Source of the DNA: Phoronis australis
Taxonomy: Eukaryota; Animalia; Phoronida
Direction: 5' to 3'
DNA: 64,000 nucleotides
Assembly: GCA_002633005.1 (NCBI GenBank)
Contig: NMRA01000234.1
Location: forward strand, 183,535 to 247,534
Of this stretch, positions 24,701 to 37,600 are shown one piece after another (the stretch's first letter is position 1; the number at the start of each line of letters is the position of its first letter). Made by a program: the position numbers and the translations under genes. Below the pieces are notes generated by a model, which saw only the letters and a list, made by a program, of their open reading frames with translations, was not told where the DNA came from and made no database searches.

Positions 24701-27700
24701 ACTGGAAATTCTTAACTCTATTTTGATTAAAGTACTATTACTACTTCTAGCGATGTGCCTTAGGAAATGCTGAGTTGTGGGGTGTCGGTCACACTTTCGT
24801 GAGCCAAATGAATTTTATTAGTACTAGTGGTATAATTTTCACATGTAGGACAAAAAATGAAAGAGAGATAAATTTGCGATTTTGATATTAGTAATGTATT
24901 TAAATCCAATATGTTATTCACAGATTCATGTTGTTTGGTATAATTCCTTTTTTCAATCAAAACATGGATTGGCTGAACAGCTCCATTACAAGGATATACT
25001 TAATTATGCCTAATAAACTGAGTCCATGACATTAGTCACTTTTTAGCCTCCCAGATTTTGTGGAACAGTTTTATCCATTGAATATACAGGCACTGCCTGG
25101 TTCTCGAAAGCATTGACTAATAACAAGGACGATTGCCTAGTAGAACAATATCCAAAGTATATAAACTATGCTTTTGATTTTTGAAACAAAGATAATGTCT
25201 TGTATGTTTTACTGTATTATTTCCAGATCGACACTCTCCTATTGACTGTTAAAGAGGCCAAGAACTTTAAAACAAAGGGCAAGCCGCCACCCATTTCACC
25301 TGGCACGAGGTTAAGAAACTCAAGTGCTATGACTACTGTTCTGCTCAAACGCCACATTCCTCCCCTCCATCATTCAATACAACAAGGACGAAAACCTAGG
25401 ACTGTCAGTCACAAAAGCAATGGTAGTAGTATCAAAATCAATGCAACTATTCACCCAAAGTTGTCAAGTGATAGTGTAACTCAGGAAATGATCTCAAAAC
25501 TAACAGTTGCCAGGAATTCTTCACTGGTTCTTGGTAGTGAACTGTTGGATGTCAGTACGGATGGAAATGAGAGCCACCATAACAGTACAGTGGTGGTCAG
25601 TGCAACACACATGCTTAAATGGAAAAGGTAAAAAAGGGACTCGTGTTTTATGAACTTGGTAATTCTGACGTGTTGTATTTATTGAATGACTTTCTTTTTT
25701 ATGTTACAACGTAGTCAAACTTGCATTGATCAAGATCCAACCAGACAAAGAGATTTTTCCGAGTCAAACACTCAGAAAAATCTCTTCAACTTTCTTGGTG
25801 TTTTAGTGCATGAATTAGTGCTAACATATCTCTCATCTTTTGAATTTAATGAAATTCTGATTCGTTTAAGAATTACAACTGTCAAAATATTGAACATCTG
25901 AAGTTTGCAGTTATGTGGAAAAACAGTTTTGAATACAGCAATTTGCTATAAAACTTGCTGCAGACTGAGATCATTCAAAAGACAATCAACTGTTGTGTGA
26001 CTGAGATTTAATTTCTGAGGTAAATAAACAAACAGTCTCATTTATAACCGCGTAGACGGATGCTTATCACAAGCTAGTCTATGTCATCTCCATATCTTGT
26101 GGTATAAGTTTGTGCTAAATTTCATAGTATAGTCAGAAATGTTGACATTAACCTATTTGTTGTGGGTAAAACCTAGGGCTTTAAAATTGAAAAAATAAAA
26201 ATCTGTGGTTGTGTGATAATCCAAACTCATCAGAAACATGAGCATTCATATAGTGGAAGTGTTGAAAATCCAGACGGTGAATTTGGGTGTTAACCTTTAC
26301 GAATATAGTTTTTAACTAAACTGATTTAAGTCATGGAAACAATTTCGTCTTGCCTCAAGACGGCTCCATCCACACTTTCTTTTCATGCTATTCATTGTCA
26401 AGTTTTCAACGACCATTTCATGCATGTCTTGACCCCTTGCCACATGCAAGTAATGGATGACGAAGCATTGAAGTTTGTTTATTTCAGATCCAATAATGGT
26501 GTTTGGGCGATGGCCTGCCTGGGTGTACTCATGATTCTCTTGTTTGGTAGCATCTGTTACTCCAAGTTGTGGAAGAAGCGTTACTCTGGCTCGTGGATAG
26601 ACAACCTTGACCCCAAGTCACACTTACTACAGGAGGGTAGTATACAAGGTGAGGGCCTGCATTGTCACTATTTTCACTTCCGTCAAGGGCTGCTACCTGT
26701 GCTAGGAGCATAATCGAGGCTTCATTTCAAGCAAAATGTGTGTTGTCAAGGCTGGATAGGGAACCTCGCCGAGTTCCCTGAAAGAAATTTGGGTAATGTG
26801 CTGATAAGAAAAAAGTTGAAAAACATACAAAAAATTTGCTTGATAAAGGCTTACTACAAGTTACTTTGTTAGAGAGCACTGAATTTTTGAATTTGAGGGT
26901 GTGTATCGGACCCTGAAAGTGAGAATATTTGTTCGCTGCATTGGGAGTCAGCTTTTCTTCTAAATTGCAATGTTTCGTTCATATCTGTCACATTTGAACT
27001 TGTCTTCTTGCGTTTGCGTTACGGCAAATGAACAGTTGTTGGGTTCTGTCATTTGCTAAGCTTAGTGTTGTACACATTTTTGTGCACCTAGCAGGTGCAA
27101 GTGACTGTCAAGTTCCTTGTTGGAACTTTATGAAACTTGACATAGGCTATGTGTTTCTACAAAAAAGGACATCACCTGTCTCTTAGTGGCAATTTAATTG
27201 GTCTCCATCTTTCTATCTGGCAAGTGGATTGAAATTAAAGGAAATTTGACTAAGGTGCTGTTGTTGGGAACCAGGCTGACATTGATTTTAGACTATTTCA
27301 ACTAAAGCTACACCCTCTAGTGCCAATTTTTATGCACCCATGTACAATGGGGTAGTATTATGCCATCATCCCGGCATCCATCCGGCATCTGCTGCTGTAC
27401 CTGCAAAACCCTTGATGGATGTTCGTGAAATGTTGTAGACTTGTTCCCATTGTGAACGTGTCGCAACAAGTGAATTTTCGAATGGATCCAACTACCATTG
27501 TGCCCCTCTGGTGGCAATATTATTTTTTTTTTACTTTTGTCTCTATTTCTTCAAAATTCCTTTACAGTACCTTTTGAAGAGGCGATTACACCTTTTGTTT
27601 TTTGGAGGAATTTGACATATTCTGCGCTACCTGTTGGCCATTTTTGTTATTTTCAAGTCTGGTTTTGGATGTCCGCTTCTATATCGGCCAAACCACTAAA

Positions 27701-29435
27701 AGAAAAATCGGTATGTTGGAAATTGGCATATGTGTTCCTACTGTAAGTGAAATTTTTGTTGGTGATTTACTGACATGTCTGATTGCTGTGGTGCCTTCTA
27801 GTGGCAATTTTGTTTTTGCCTGTGCATCAATATCTACCGAGATCCTTGATGGATCTTCATGAAATGTACGCGTACATCTATTGATGAGAGAAACTGACGT
27901 CTCTCAGCGGAAATTTTGTTTTTCTTTGTGTTAATGTCTACCTAGTGTCATGATAGATGTTCATGAAATTTGGTAAATAAGTTACTATCAAAGCACCGAA
28001 CGTTTCACATGGATTTGACCTACATTGCACCCCTGTTGTGACCTTTTGATGGTCTTTTCTTTGCTGTCCGCCCCTTTATCTGTCAAACTGCTTGAAGAAT
28101 CAGTGTGGAATGTGGCACGAGAATATTTCTGACTTGCTTTGCACTCCCTTGAGAGGTTATTTGAAGTTTATTTGTACTGCTTCCATTAATTGTAATGTTT
28201 AAAATATTTATCCCTTTTATCTGCACCGTATTCGATACACACAGTGGATGCATCAAGACTCTGTGTTGCTCTGGACTTATTTTTTTTTATCTTTTGCCGC
28301 AGTATATAAAGTTTGATGAATCTTCATGAAATTTTGACAGATAAGATTTTATCCCAGGGACTATAGCTCATTGTCCATTTCAGACAGCTTCAACTCGTGT
28401 TTAAGAAACGACCACCACTTAGATATTTGCATATGCTGTGTGCACGGTGCCCAGCACATAGTTTGGTCAAATTTAGTGGTGCGTCACCTTCTTAGGTATT
28501 CTCCTTGCTTAATTTCCTTTTAGCCTCACATATTACATTGCTTTGTTAGCTATTGATGAGTGAAGTAAATCACGCTTGTCCAAAAATCGTGAAAAGGTTG
28601 TGGGGTCAGTCACCTTTTCAACCATTAATTCCAGGCCTGGAAAATCTTGCTTCTGGGTAACAATTGGAGTGCAAGCTTGAGTAAGATTGCTAGTCAGTAA
28701 CACAATTCAAAGTGTCTCTAGGGATTTCTGTCCTTATTTTCTCACTTAATCAAAGACAAAATAAATGTTTCATGTGGCCTGTTCACATATGACTATCAAG
28801 TGTGTGGTGTTGCACGCATTGTTATAAGCACGGCCATATGGCCGTTGTCTCCAACTGCTGCAGTTACAGTATATCTGCATATTGTGTTACAAGTAGTTAG
28901 CATACTGTCGGACAGTTTACTTATTTATGATATGTTTGCTGGAGGCTGTAACTTTTACATTACATGTACCAGTCGTAAGAGGCCCAAAAGACTGAACACC
29001 ATTAGCCATGCTAGCACAATATTGGTGAAGATTGAACAATGTTGGTTGTTCAAGCTTGATGAATTAGTGCCATAAATCTACATTTTGTTTTTTTAACAGT
29101 TCAGCTTGTGAACAAGTTGGTCATTACAAACATATCCAACTGTGGATGTTAAGTACAAAAGATGTCAGCATTATTAAGCTGCGACGTTCGTGGATGTTGG
29201 GCTGTTAGCAACTTTTTATGATACTGCACTTGTCAGGTTTTATTCAGTAATGTTCGTTTCAGAGGTGATGAAATCACACGCACGATTCTTGCCGATGTTC
29301 TTCAAGAAACGACCAGGCTACAGCCCGGTCCCTTGTCAAGGGGTTACCCCTGTGCAGAGAGAGAACTTGGTACCCATCGAAGAAGAATGCGAGACTGAAG
29401 GTGATGGTGATGAAGAATACAAACCGTTGTTGTGA
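21719..29435 (+). CDS. Uncharacterised single-pass type I membrane protein (~299 aa) with a Ser/Thr/His-rich N-glycosylated ectodomain and an acidic dileucine tail
   Basis: Exons 21719-21883 (GCG|GTAAGA), 25227-25627, 26488-26648 and 29263-29435, with consistent phases 0, 2, 1. It has a hydrophobic signal-like segment (AVFCGFFVFCMLIVLG), several N-x-S/T sequons and a TM segment GVWAMACLGVLMILLFGSICY followed by KLWKKR. The tail ends EEECETEGDGDEEYKPLL. The start may be ATG 21743. Confidence 0.75.
21918..22068. mobile_element. 151-bp MITE with CACAG termini and a perfect 8-bp TSD (P-element-type signature)
   Basis: AGTTTAGC|CACAGGCGTCCTCAGCTTCTG...CAGAAACTGAGGACGCCTGTG|AGTTTAGC. Confidence 0.85.
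22196..22365. mobile_element. Second copy of the CACAG MITE (170 bp) with ~40-bp TIRs
   Basis: CACAGGCGTCCTCAGCTTCTGATCGTCCCCAATACACTATAT...ATATAGTGTATTGGGGATGATCAGAAGCTGAGGACGCCTGTG. The flanks GCTACTAC/GGTACCAC match at 6/8 positions. Confidence 0.85.
22390..24065. repeat. Diverged tandem copies of a ~550-680 bp unit (two near-full, one partial), probably transposon-derived
   Basis: ATAGACC.CGAAATT..., CTTGCCCGTT.CAGCCGTTTAAGTGAAAA, GAAACTGGCCAAT.GGTG, ACTTTAGCAGCAGAATAAC.GTAGAAC and ATACAGCTTTGTACCAAGGCT recur in blocks at ~22390-23070, ~23250-23520 and ~23525-24060. Confidence 0.8.
27150..28340 (-). repeat. Diverged array of the ~130-bp unit family (Helentron/HINE-like core repeats with CTCF-like motifs), reverse orientation
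   Basis: About 7 motifs, such as GTGCCCCTCTGGTGGCAAT (27500) and GTGCCTTCTAGTGGCAAT (27791), interleaved with GAT(C/G)TTCATGAAAT blocks. It is the reverse complement of the 32700-36300 array type. Confidence 0.75.
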
Positions 29436-31640
29436 CTTAGTAAGACATAGGTACTGGCACGAGCTGATAGAATTCTATTTCTTTGTAAAATGGCAATGAT
29501 TTGGTGACATTTGAAAACAAATAAATCAAGTTACAAGGTAATATCTGTGAGATGCACAATTTGTAGCAAACGTTAAAGTTGTTTTGTGAAACAAGAGAAT
29601 ATTACAGCAAGGTTTCCTAGTTTTCCATAAACACAAGATTTCACTGACCAGATACTTTACATGAATTTGTAACCCATTACATGTTGACAGTAAAACACAA
29701 GTGGGAGGAATACAGTCTATAATACATGGAAAACTCTCACCAATTTAGTGCACAATATGACGGATAAAGTGATATTTTGTGTCTTCATTTTTTAATAAAA
29801 GATAAGATTCACCAAACAAGCTCTATACTATGTTCCACTTGACAATTTTGTGAGAAATTATGAGCATTCACAACTATATTGGAAGCCTTTAACAAATGAA
29901 AAAAACATCAGTTTGTTTTGTCATTTATTTTTGATTTTATTAGAATTCCAATTAAAATAACTACAGTTTTTGTAACATGCCTGTGAACACCATTTATTGA
30001 GTACCGACAATACTAACAAACAATCCATGTTTTCTTGCAACACCTGTAGTCACTGTATGACAAAGTGAATCATCTGCTCGGGTCACTGTGATTGGTCATT
30101 CAGGCGTATAGTGTAAACATCTTTAATAAAAACTGGATATCTTCCATAAGCTAGAAATTGTTCCATTACCATGCCTCTAAAGTCCAACTATGACCCCTAG
30201 TCAGAGAACAGCAACACTGAACTACACACATGCATGCACACACACCGAAAATGCTGCATACCCAGTGACTGAACTCCAATGCCAAGGACTAGTTTTTTCA
30301 CCTAGTGTGGAGTTTAGTCACCAGGTATGAAGGATTTTTGACATGTATGTACAGAGTACAGGTGCTTGAGTCAGGAATTTGTAGCTGGGGTTTGGTGTTT
30401 TCTAGTCCAGGAATGGTATTCAGAAGATTGTAGCTGGCGAGGTGAGGCCATGGAACGGTTTTCACCCAGTGTCTCATGCGATTTCATTTTGGAGATTGGA
30501 ATTCAGGATTGTGAGTTCGTATTCAGTGCTTTTGAGGGAAGTTTTAAGATGGCAACAATTTGGTATTCACAGGCACTTTAAATGTTCTGCAGGCGCAGGA
30601 ACGCGCTCAAACTGCACTCACTCACACAAGCAACACGCAGGCAAATACATCCGATAAAACACAGGTATGTGATGGATATGATAAAAACATAAAACTTCAA
30701 GACAGGTACATTTGTGTATAAGTTAAAAAAATACCCCACTTTCAGACAAAACTACAAAATTCCTGACAAAAATCTAGACTCCATATTTGTGGAGTTAGTC
30801 GAGGTATTTCTGCCAGACTGCTCTATAAACACACTTGACTGGACTACGGAAAAACACTTGCAAGGAGTCCCAATGAGTGCGCAAAGTAATCTTGTAATAA
30901 AAATTAAGTCGATATATGTTGCAGTGTTTCCATGAAGACTTCAAAAGTACAACATTCTAAAACAATCCCCCAAAACATTGACCAATTTTACCAAAAATGG
31001 AATAGTGGCTCGGCAAAAATAGATTTTATGTTGGTATACAACTAGTGAAATGTTAATTTGATCAACTGCACTTTCATATGGTAATAAGTCACTTCGGCTG
31101 ACGGTACTGTACAACGCAAAATAGAAAAAGAAAACCTATAAATAAAATTCTCTTCGCTGTCTTGTTTAAAGTTTAAAAATTCCATATTAAATTTGAAAAC
31201 GGCAAAAATGCAAATGTCAAAGTTTTCTGAAGTATTCTGTCCACAGCAGCTAACATTGGTGTTGGTATCATATTCATATTCATATTATCTATGAGAATGT
31301 GTATTCTCAATGGCCAACAGTCTGTGTTAAAAGGAAGCAATACTCTGATAAAAACGTCGGCCATGACTCAGATTTTAACACAAATTGAAATCAAATTATT
31401 TTGAGAGTAGCTTTGAACTTGGAGGATTAAAGAAAAAATATTAAATGGAATACAAGTTGAAATGATATAAGATGAAGCCACATAGTAGTAAGTATGACAT
31501 TTGGTAACCAAAGAAAACTGATGAATAACTAGCAGACAATAAAATATCCCATAACAACAAGTGGGGAGGGTGTTAAGACTGCTTGGTCAGAATAAAGACA
31601 TCTCGAGACTAAAAAAGACACTCGTCAAAAAATGAATGTT

Positions 31641-34600
31641 CTATGGAGAGAAGTTACTTGAGTAACTGTTATCTGTTTTAATGGATTGGCTGCTGTGGTC
31701 TGTAGATAAGGAGTTGTCATGGTTACTATGATTGGTTGGGGCAGAGATGTGACTGGCAGATGTAGAAGTGTGACGGCTGCTGTGATGGGTTGATGCTGAG
31801 TTGTCATGGCTACCATGGGTTATAGGGCCAGAGACATAGTCACGTTTGCTGTGATGGGCTGATGCTGAGTTGTCATGGCTACCATGGGTTATAGGGCCAG
31901 GGACATCGTTGTCACATCTGCTGTGATCAGCTGATGCTGAGTTGTCATGTCTATCGTGGGTGATAGAGCTAGGGATATTATTGTCATGATTGCTGTGATG
32001 GGCTGATGCTGATTTGTCACGGCTACCATGGGTTATAGTGCCAGAGGCGTCATTGCCACTGGGAATGGTAGGCACATAGTTGGCTAGTTCAGAGATGTCC
32101 TTGTTCTCTGACTCCTCTGACTTCTCCAATTTATTACCATTTTCATGACTGTTGGAGTATTTTTGCAGGTTACTGGAATTTCTACTGTGAGAATCATGTG
32201 GCTCATTTAATAGTTCCTGTTGAGTGGGTCTAGCTTTATGGAAGACAATGTTACTTTGACCTGGCCCTTCTGGTTGACTTTTGACCAAATCTGGTCTATT
32301 ACTAGTATGTGTCAAGATCGTGATGTTAGTAGCCTTTTTAAGAAGTATGCCCCCATCAGTGGCATTTGAATTATTTCTTGACAGACTTTGATGTTCCCTG
32401 CCAACATTAGGTGTCAGTGCTTGGTCAGTTAGGTTCAGTGTGGTTCCCAGACCGTATCTCTTAGCCATGTGACTGGGAGAGCTGCTTGACACAGAGTCCA
32501 CCATCGAGGTCTCAGCACTGTGAGTGGGTGTCTTAAACTCAGCCTTGTACAAGTTGTTCACAATGTCTGCCTGGATGGAGTCCAGTTCTTCACTTATCTC
32601 CTGTACACACTCATCCACCAGCTCATCTGAAATGCTGTAAACAGAAAATGTATAATTATGTGTGTGTGTGCGTCTTGGACAGTGTCCCTCTTCCACAATG
32701 CTATGGGTTTAAATCTGAATTTTCGAACCTGCTATGCTCACCATCTCCCTGAATGGAAACTTATTTCCCAAATTTATGGAAATTCATCTAGGAACTCCAA
32801 AGATACAGAGACAAAGGTAAAAAAGGAAATTGTCACTATGATGCACAGTGGTAGTCAGATCTCTCTAAAAGAAGATGTCTGTTTTCAAGTTCAAATGAAT
32901 ACACTCGTATTTCACAAAGATTATACAAAGGGACTTTAGGAGATCCAGCTGAGATGTAAAAAAAAAAAACTGTCATTACGGGGCACCACTGAGAGTAGTC
33001 GGACCATCTAAAACTCCACATTGTGCATGCTGTCAGGAAACACCTCCTTAACGGAAGTCTATTATTAAACCACATTTCATGAAATTCTTTCAGTGAACTC
33101 TAAAGATACAGAGGTAAACATAGAAGATGAAATTGCTACTAAGAGGCACAGTGGTAATCAGATGCGCTTGAAAATCGTGAACATCCAGTGTTGTTATATA
33201 GATGAACGTTCGCATGGGGGTTCAGACATAATAGCTGCAGATGCAAAAAATGACAAGGGGTTACATTTTAGTCAGACCCATTTGAAATTCCACGTCACCC
33301 GTGGTCTTCAACCTATTTTATAAGAGCAATGCCTCACGTTGAAATACGCCCACGGCTTTAAGGGAAGCGGTGTGCTTCTAGGGGTGTTTATTTGTATCCT
33401 AAAAATGTCCACTAGATGGCACAAAAAACACAGAGTTCATCCGAAAACAGCAGCATGCCATTATTTCTTTCATACGAAGCTATTTACCAAATTTCATAAA
33501 AATCCCTTCAGAGAAACAGAGGAAAACGGATAAAAATGAAATTGCCACTAGGAGGCACAGCATTCGTTTGAAAGTTGTTGTCTGTTGTCAACTTCATATA
33601 AATACACTTGCTAAATTAAATAAAGATCCTGCAGTAGGTTTAGGAGATACAACTACAGATGCAAAAAAACAAAACTGCCACTTGGAGGCACCGCAATAGT
33701 CGACGTTGTTGCAAAATCATTCATCACTTCTCACTAAGAACATTCATGGCAATTTTCACAATCATCCTTCGAGTGGTTTGGTAGATAGAGGGGCGGAAAC
33801 CAAAAAACTGTAAAAATGGCCACTAGGTGGTGGAAAATACGTCGAATCTATCCGAAAACAGGAGGATCGCATCATCTCATTAATAGATGCCTATGTGCCG
33901 AGTTTCATGAAAATCTGTTGAGGACCTTTGAAGATACAGAGGTTAATGTAAAATTAAAATTGCCTCTAGGGGGCATACCAGTAGTCGTATCTATCCGAAA
34001 TTCGTCGCTATCTATTGTCAGCTTCATAGAAACACATCTGCCAAATCTCATTAAGATCCTATGATGGGTTTAGGAGATACAGTTGCGGACACTGGACGCC
34101 TGGACATACATATAAATATGTGGGCACATAAAAATGGCCATCAGGTGGTGCAGAATACGTCAAACTCATCTGAAATTGGGAAAGCATCGTCTTCTCTCTA
34201 TTACAAAACTCCGTGAAAACCCATAAGGAACTCCAAATCTGAGGCAGTTGTAAAAAAAAACAAAACAAACTACCATCAGAAGGTACAGCTGGTGTCGAGT
34301 TAATAGGAATAGGCTCAACAAACAGTGATCTTGCAAGGGGTTTTGCAGATTCAGCCGCAGGTGCAAAAATAATGTCACTAGGGAGCACCACAGTTACGTT
34401 GGACCTATCTGAAACTTCAGGCCAGTCATGCTCATGTCAGTAAGAACACACCTGCCAATTTTCGCAACGATCCTCTGAGCGGTTTGGCATATACAGAAGC
34501 AGATAGCATAAAAGCAGGTTAAAAAATAATTGACAAGGCCACAAGGTGGCACAGAATACATTGAATCCATCACAAATTGGAAAGTTGCTGTCATCTTCAT

Positions 34601-37600
34601 GATACAAACTTTTTCGAAATTTCATGAAAAAACATGAAGGAACTCAGAAGGTATTGAGGCAAATAAAATTACTACTGGGAGGCATAGTGGTAGTAAGAGC
34701 TGCCCAAAACGTCAAGGGAAGCCACAGTAGGAAAACACCTGCAAAAATTCACAAACATAGTGCAAAGGAATCAGGAGCTGCAATCAAGTTGCAAAAAATA
34801 TAAAATCACCACTAGGGTGCGCCGCAGGTGTCAGATCCTTCCAAAAATCAACGTCAGTTATGGTCTTCTCGTTAGGAACAAAGCTGCTATGATTTATAAT
34901 GTTCCTTTGAGTAGTCTGAAAATGGAAAGGCATAGTTGTTGTCTCAAAAGAAACTTTTTCCAAGTTTCAGAAAAATCCATCAATGAACTTCAAAGTTACA
35001 CAAGCAAAAACTAAAACTGCCACTAGGGAGCACACCTGTACTCGGATTGGTCTGAAACTCGTCATCCGTTATCATCTCCACAGGAGCATATCTGCAACAT
35101 TTCACAAAGATTAAGTAGATACACCCGTGGATGTGAAAAAACAAAAAAAAAATAATAATCCTTTGAACACTTTGGCAGGTAGGAAGGTGGACGTCAAAGA
35201 CGCACTAAAAAGTTTTGAAATTGCCACCAGGTGGTGCAGAATACGTCAAATCTGTCCAACAATGGGAAGGCATCATTGTGTCTTTAATGACAACCTATGC
35301 TAAATTTCATGAAAAACCACCAAGGAATATATAATTAAAACTGCTACTAGGGAGCACAACTGCAGTCGGATTGATCTGAAACTTGTCATCTGTTAGCATC
35401 TCCACAGGACGACATATCCGCCAAATTCTCCAAAGAGTTTAGAAGATACAGCCGTGGACGTAAAAAAAATGCCACTTGGGGTTGCCACAGTAATCGGTCC
35501 TGTTCGAAAATCAGTGTCACCGCAGTCTTCTCATTAGAAACACATCTGCCAATTTTTATAATGACCATTCAAGCAGTTTGGCGAATAGGAAGGCTAGCAT
35601 AAAAAACCTTATTAAAATTTTTCCTTAAATTTCACCAAGTGGATTAGAATACGTCAAGTCTGTTTGAAAACGGGAAGGCGACTTCGTTTCTTTAATAGAA
35701 ACCTATTTGCTTAATTTCATGCATCTCCACCTAGGAACTCCTAAGATACAGAGGCAAACGTAAAAACTAAACTTGTCACTAAGGGGCAGAGCAGTAGTCG
35801 AATCGGTCGGAAACTCTTAATTGTCTTCGTTAGCTTCACAGGAACACATCTGTCAAATCTTATGATCCTGCAAGTGGTTTAGGAGATACAGCTACGGTTG
35901 CCAGCTGCCCAGACACAGATGACGACAATAATAGTAATTATTTGAGCAGCTTGGAAGATAAAGAGACAAACACCAAAAACAAACCCGTAAGTTATAAAAT
36001 GGCCACTAGAGGGTGCAGAATGGGTCAAAACTGTAAATAAAAATGAGTCGTTGCCTTAATAGAAAACTATTAGCCAAATTGCGTGAAAATCCAACACGAG
36101 ACCCAGCCAGAAGATTCAGAGACAAACGCAAAATAATAAAAGTTCTCATTAGGGGAAACAAAGATACTTGGATCTGTCTGAAAATCATTCTCATATGTCG
36201 TCAGCTCCATAGAAACATGTCTACCAACTTTTATGAAGATCCTCCAAGTGGTTCTGGAGATACAGCACAGGACGACAGGCAACTAGACAGAGATGCAGTA
36301 TGCATTCACAGACTTATTTGGAGAAAATTTTTCTAATTAAAGACCAAGATCTCCAAAGTTAGACTTGATATAAATTAAGATTCAAAACTTAACCAATTAT
36401 GCACAATTCAAGTGCAAAGCATACTCAGAGTCAACATTTCACAAATTACCACTTACAGTTCCGCCAACTTCCAAGGGTCAAACTTGCCCACAATCCAATG
36501 GCCAGATTTCTTTAGGTAATGTTCAAACTGTTCACAATATGCATCAATCTCTCCTCGCAACATGGGCTCAATCTGGGCTACCATTGGTGAACTTGACGCT
36601 GCACGAGCAAGAGTACGTCTCTTATTAGTTGCATCTGACAAGGACTCCGCTAAACGATGATTGTTGGACAATGCAGACTCCTGACCCATTCCCAGGTTAT
36701 TCCTGTTGGAACGCCTATCAAACCAACTCTTGACCATGGTTGAAGGTGACCTGTCTGAGCTAGACAAAAGACTGGAGGCTGGTGACTTCCTGGTTTTTTG
36801 TATTGCCATTGGATTTGATTTGCTGAAGCTTGATGCGGGAGAGTCATAAGCGAATCTCTGAGCTCGTAATGAGACATTTGAAACGCTAGGAATGTCTTTC
36901 TTCTCAATACTCGGCACCATCTCATGATCGCTTGCACGTATTTTCCTGGGCGCCTCCTCAGGGGGTGGACTCGCCATCACCTCACTTCGCACAGTGCGTA
37001 TTGGTCTGCTGGTCTTCTCACACATGTCAAAGATTATGCCTGAGGCAGGAGTGATGCTAATGGGGATGTTGACGATGTCATTCTTTGTGAGTGACCTCTC
37101 TACTGATTCACACACACTGAAATAATGATTGAATTCAATTGATGACTTAAAGATTAAAACTTGTTTAAAATTTTCATCCGTCAAGCAAAAACAACAGGGA
37201 ACTCCCACAACTGCACAAAAGATGGCAGCCGTCGTAGTTTTCACAAAGTCTTACCATGGTATCATAATTATGGAAACTGGTCGTGGTCAACTCAGCACAA
37301 TGACTAAAAAGCCAAGTGACTATTTGTAATGAAAATACAGTGCACACAAAGCAATCTGGCAAAATGATCCAAAATTCCTTGTCATAACAAGTCAGCGCAA
37401 GTGGAATTCACTGTCATAACAGTCGTCTGTCATAAGTAAGTATGTAGAGGACTTTATCAGGAAATTACCATGGTGGAAATGTCATTAATCTATGATCACG
37501 ATTTTTCTGTAATAACTAGTCATTCCCAGACTTTTGTACTGAAAACTGCACGAGCGATATTGAGTGGGCATATTGTCTACTTTCAGCACGTATTATATTT

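Noticed and set aside
33816-36336. Cluster of 60-110 aa ORFs on both strands
   Set aside because: All lie within the diverged non-coding ~130-bp-unit array and show no transposase or other motifs.
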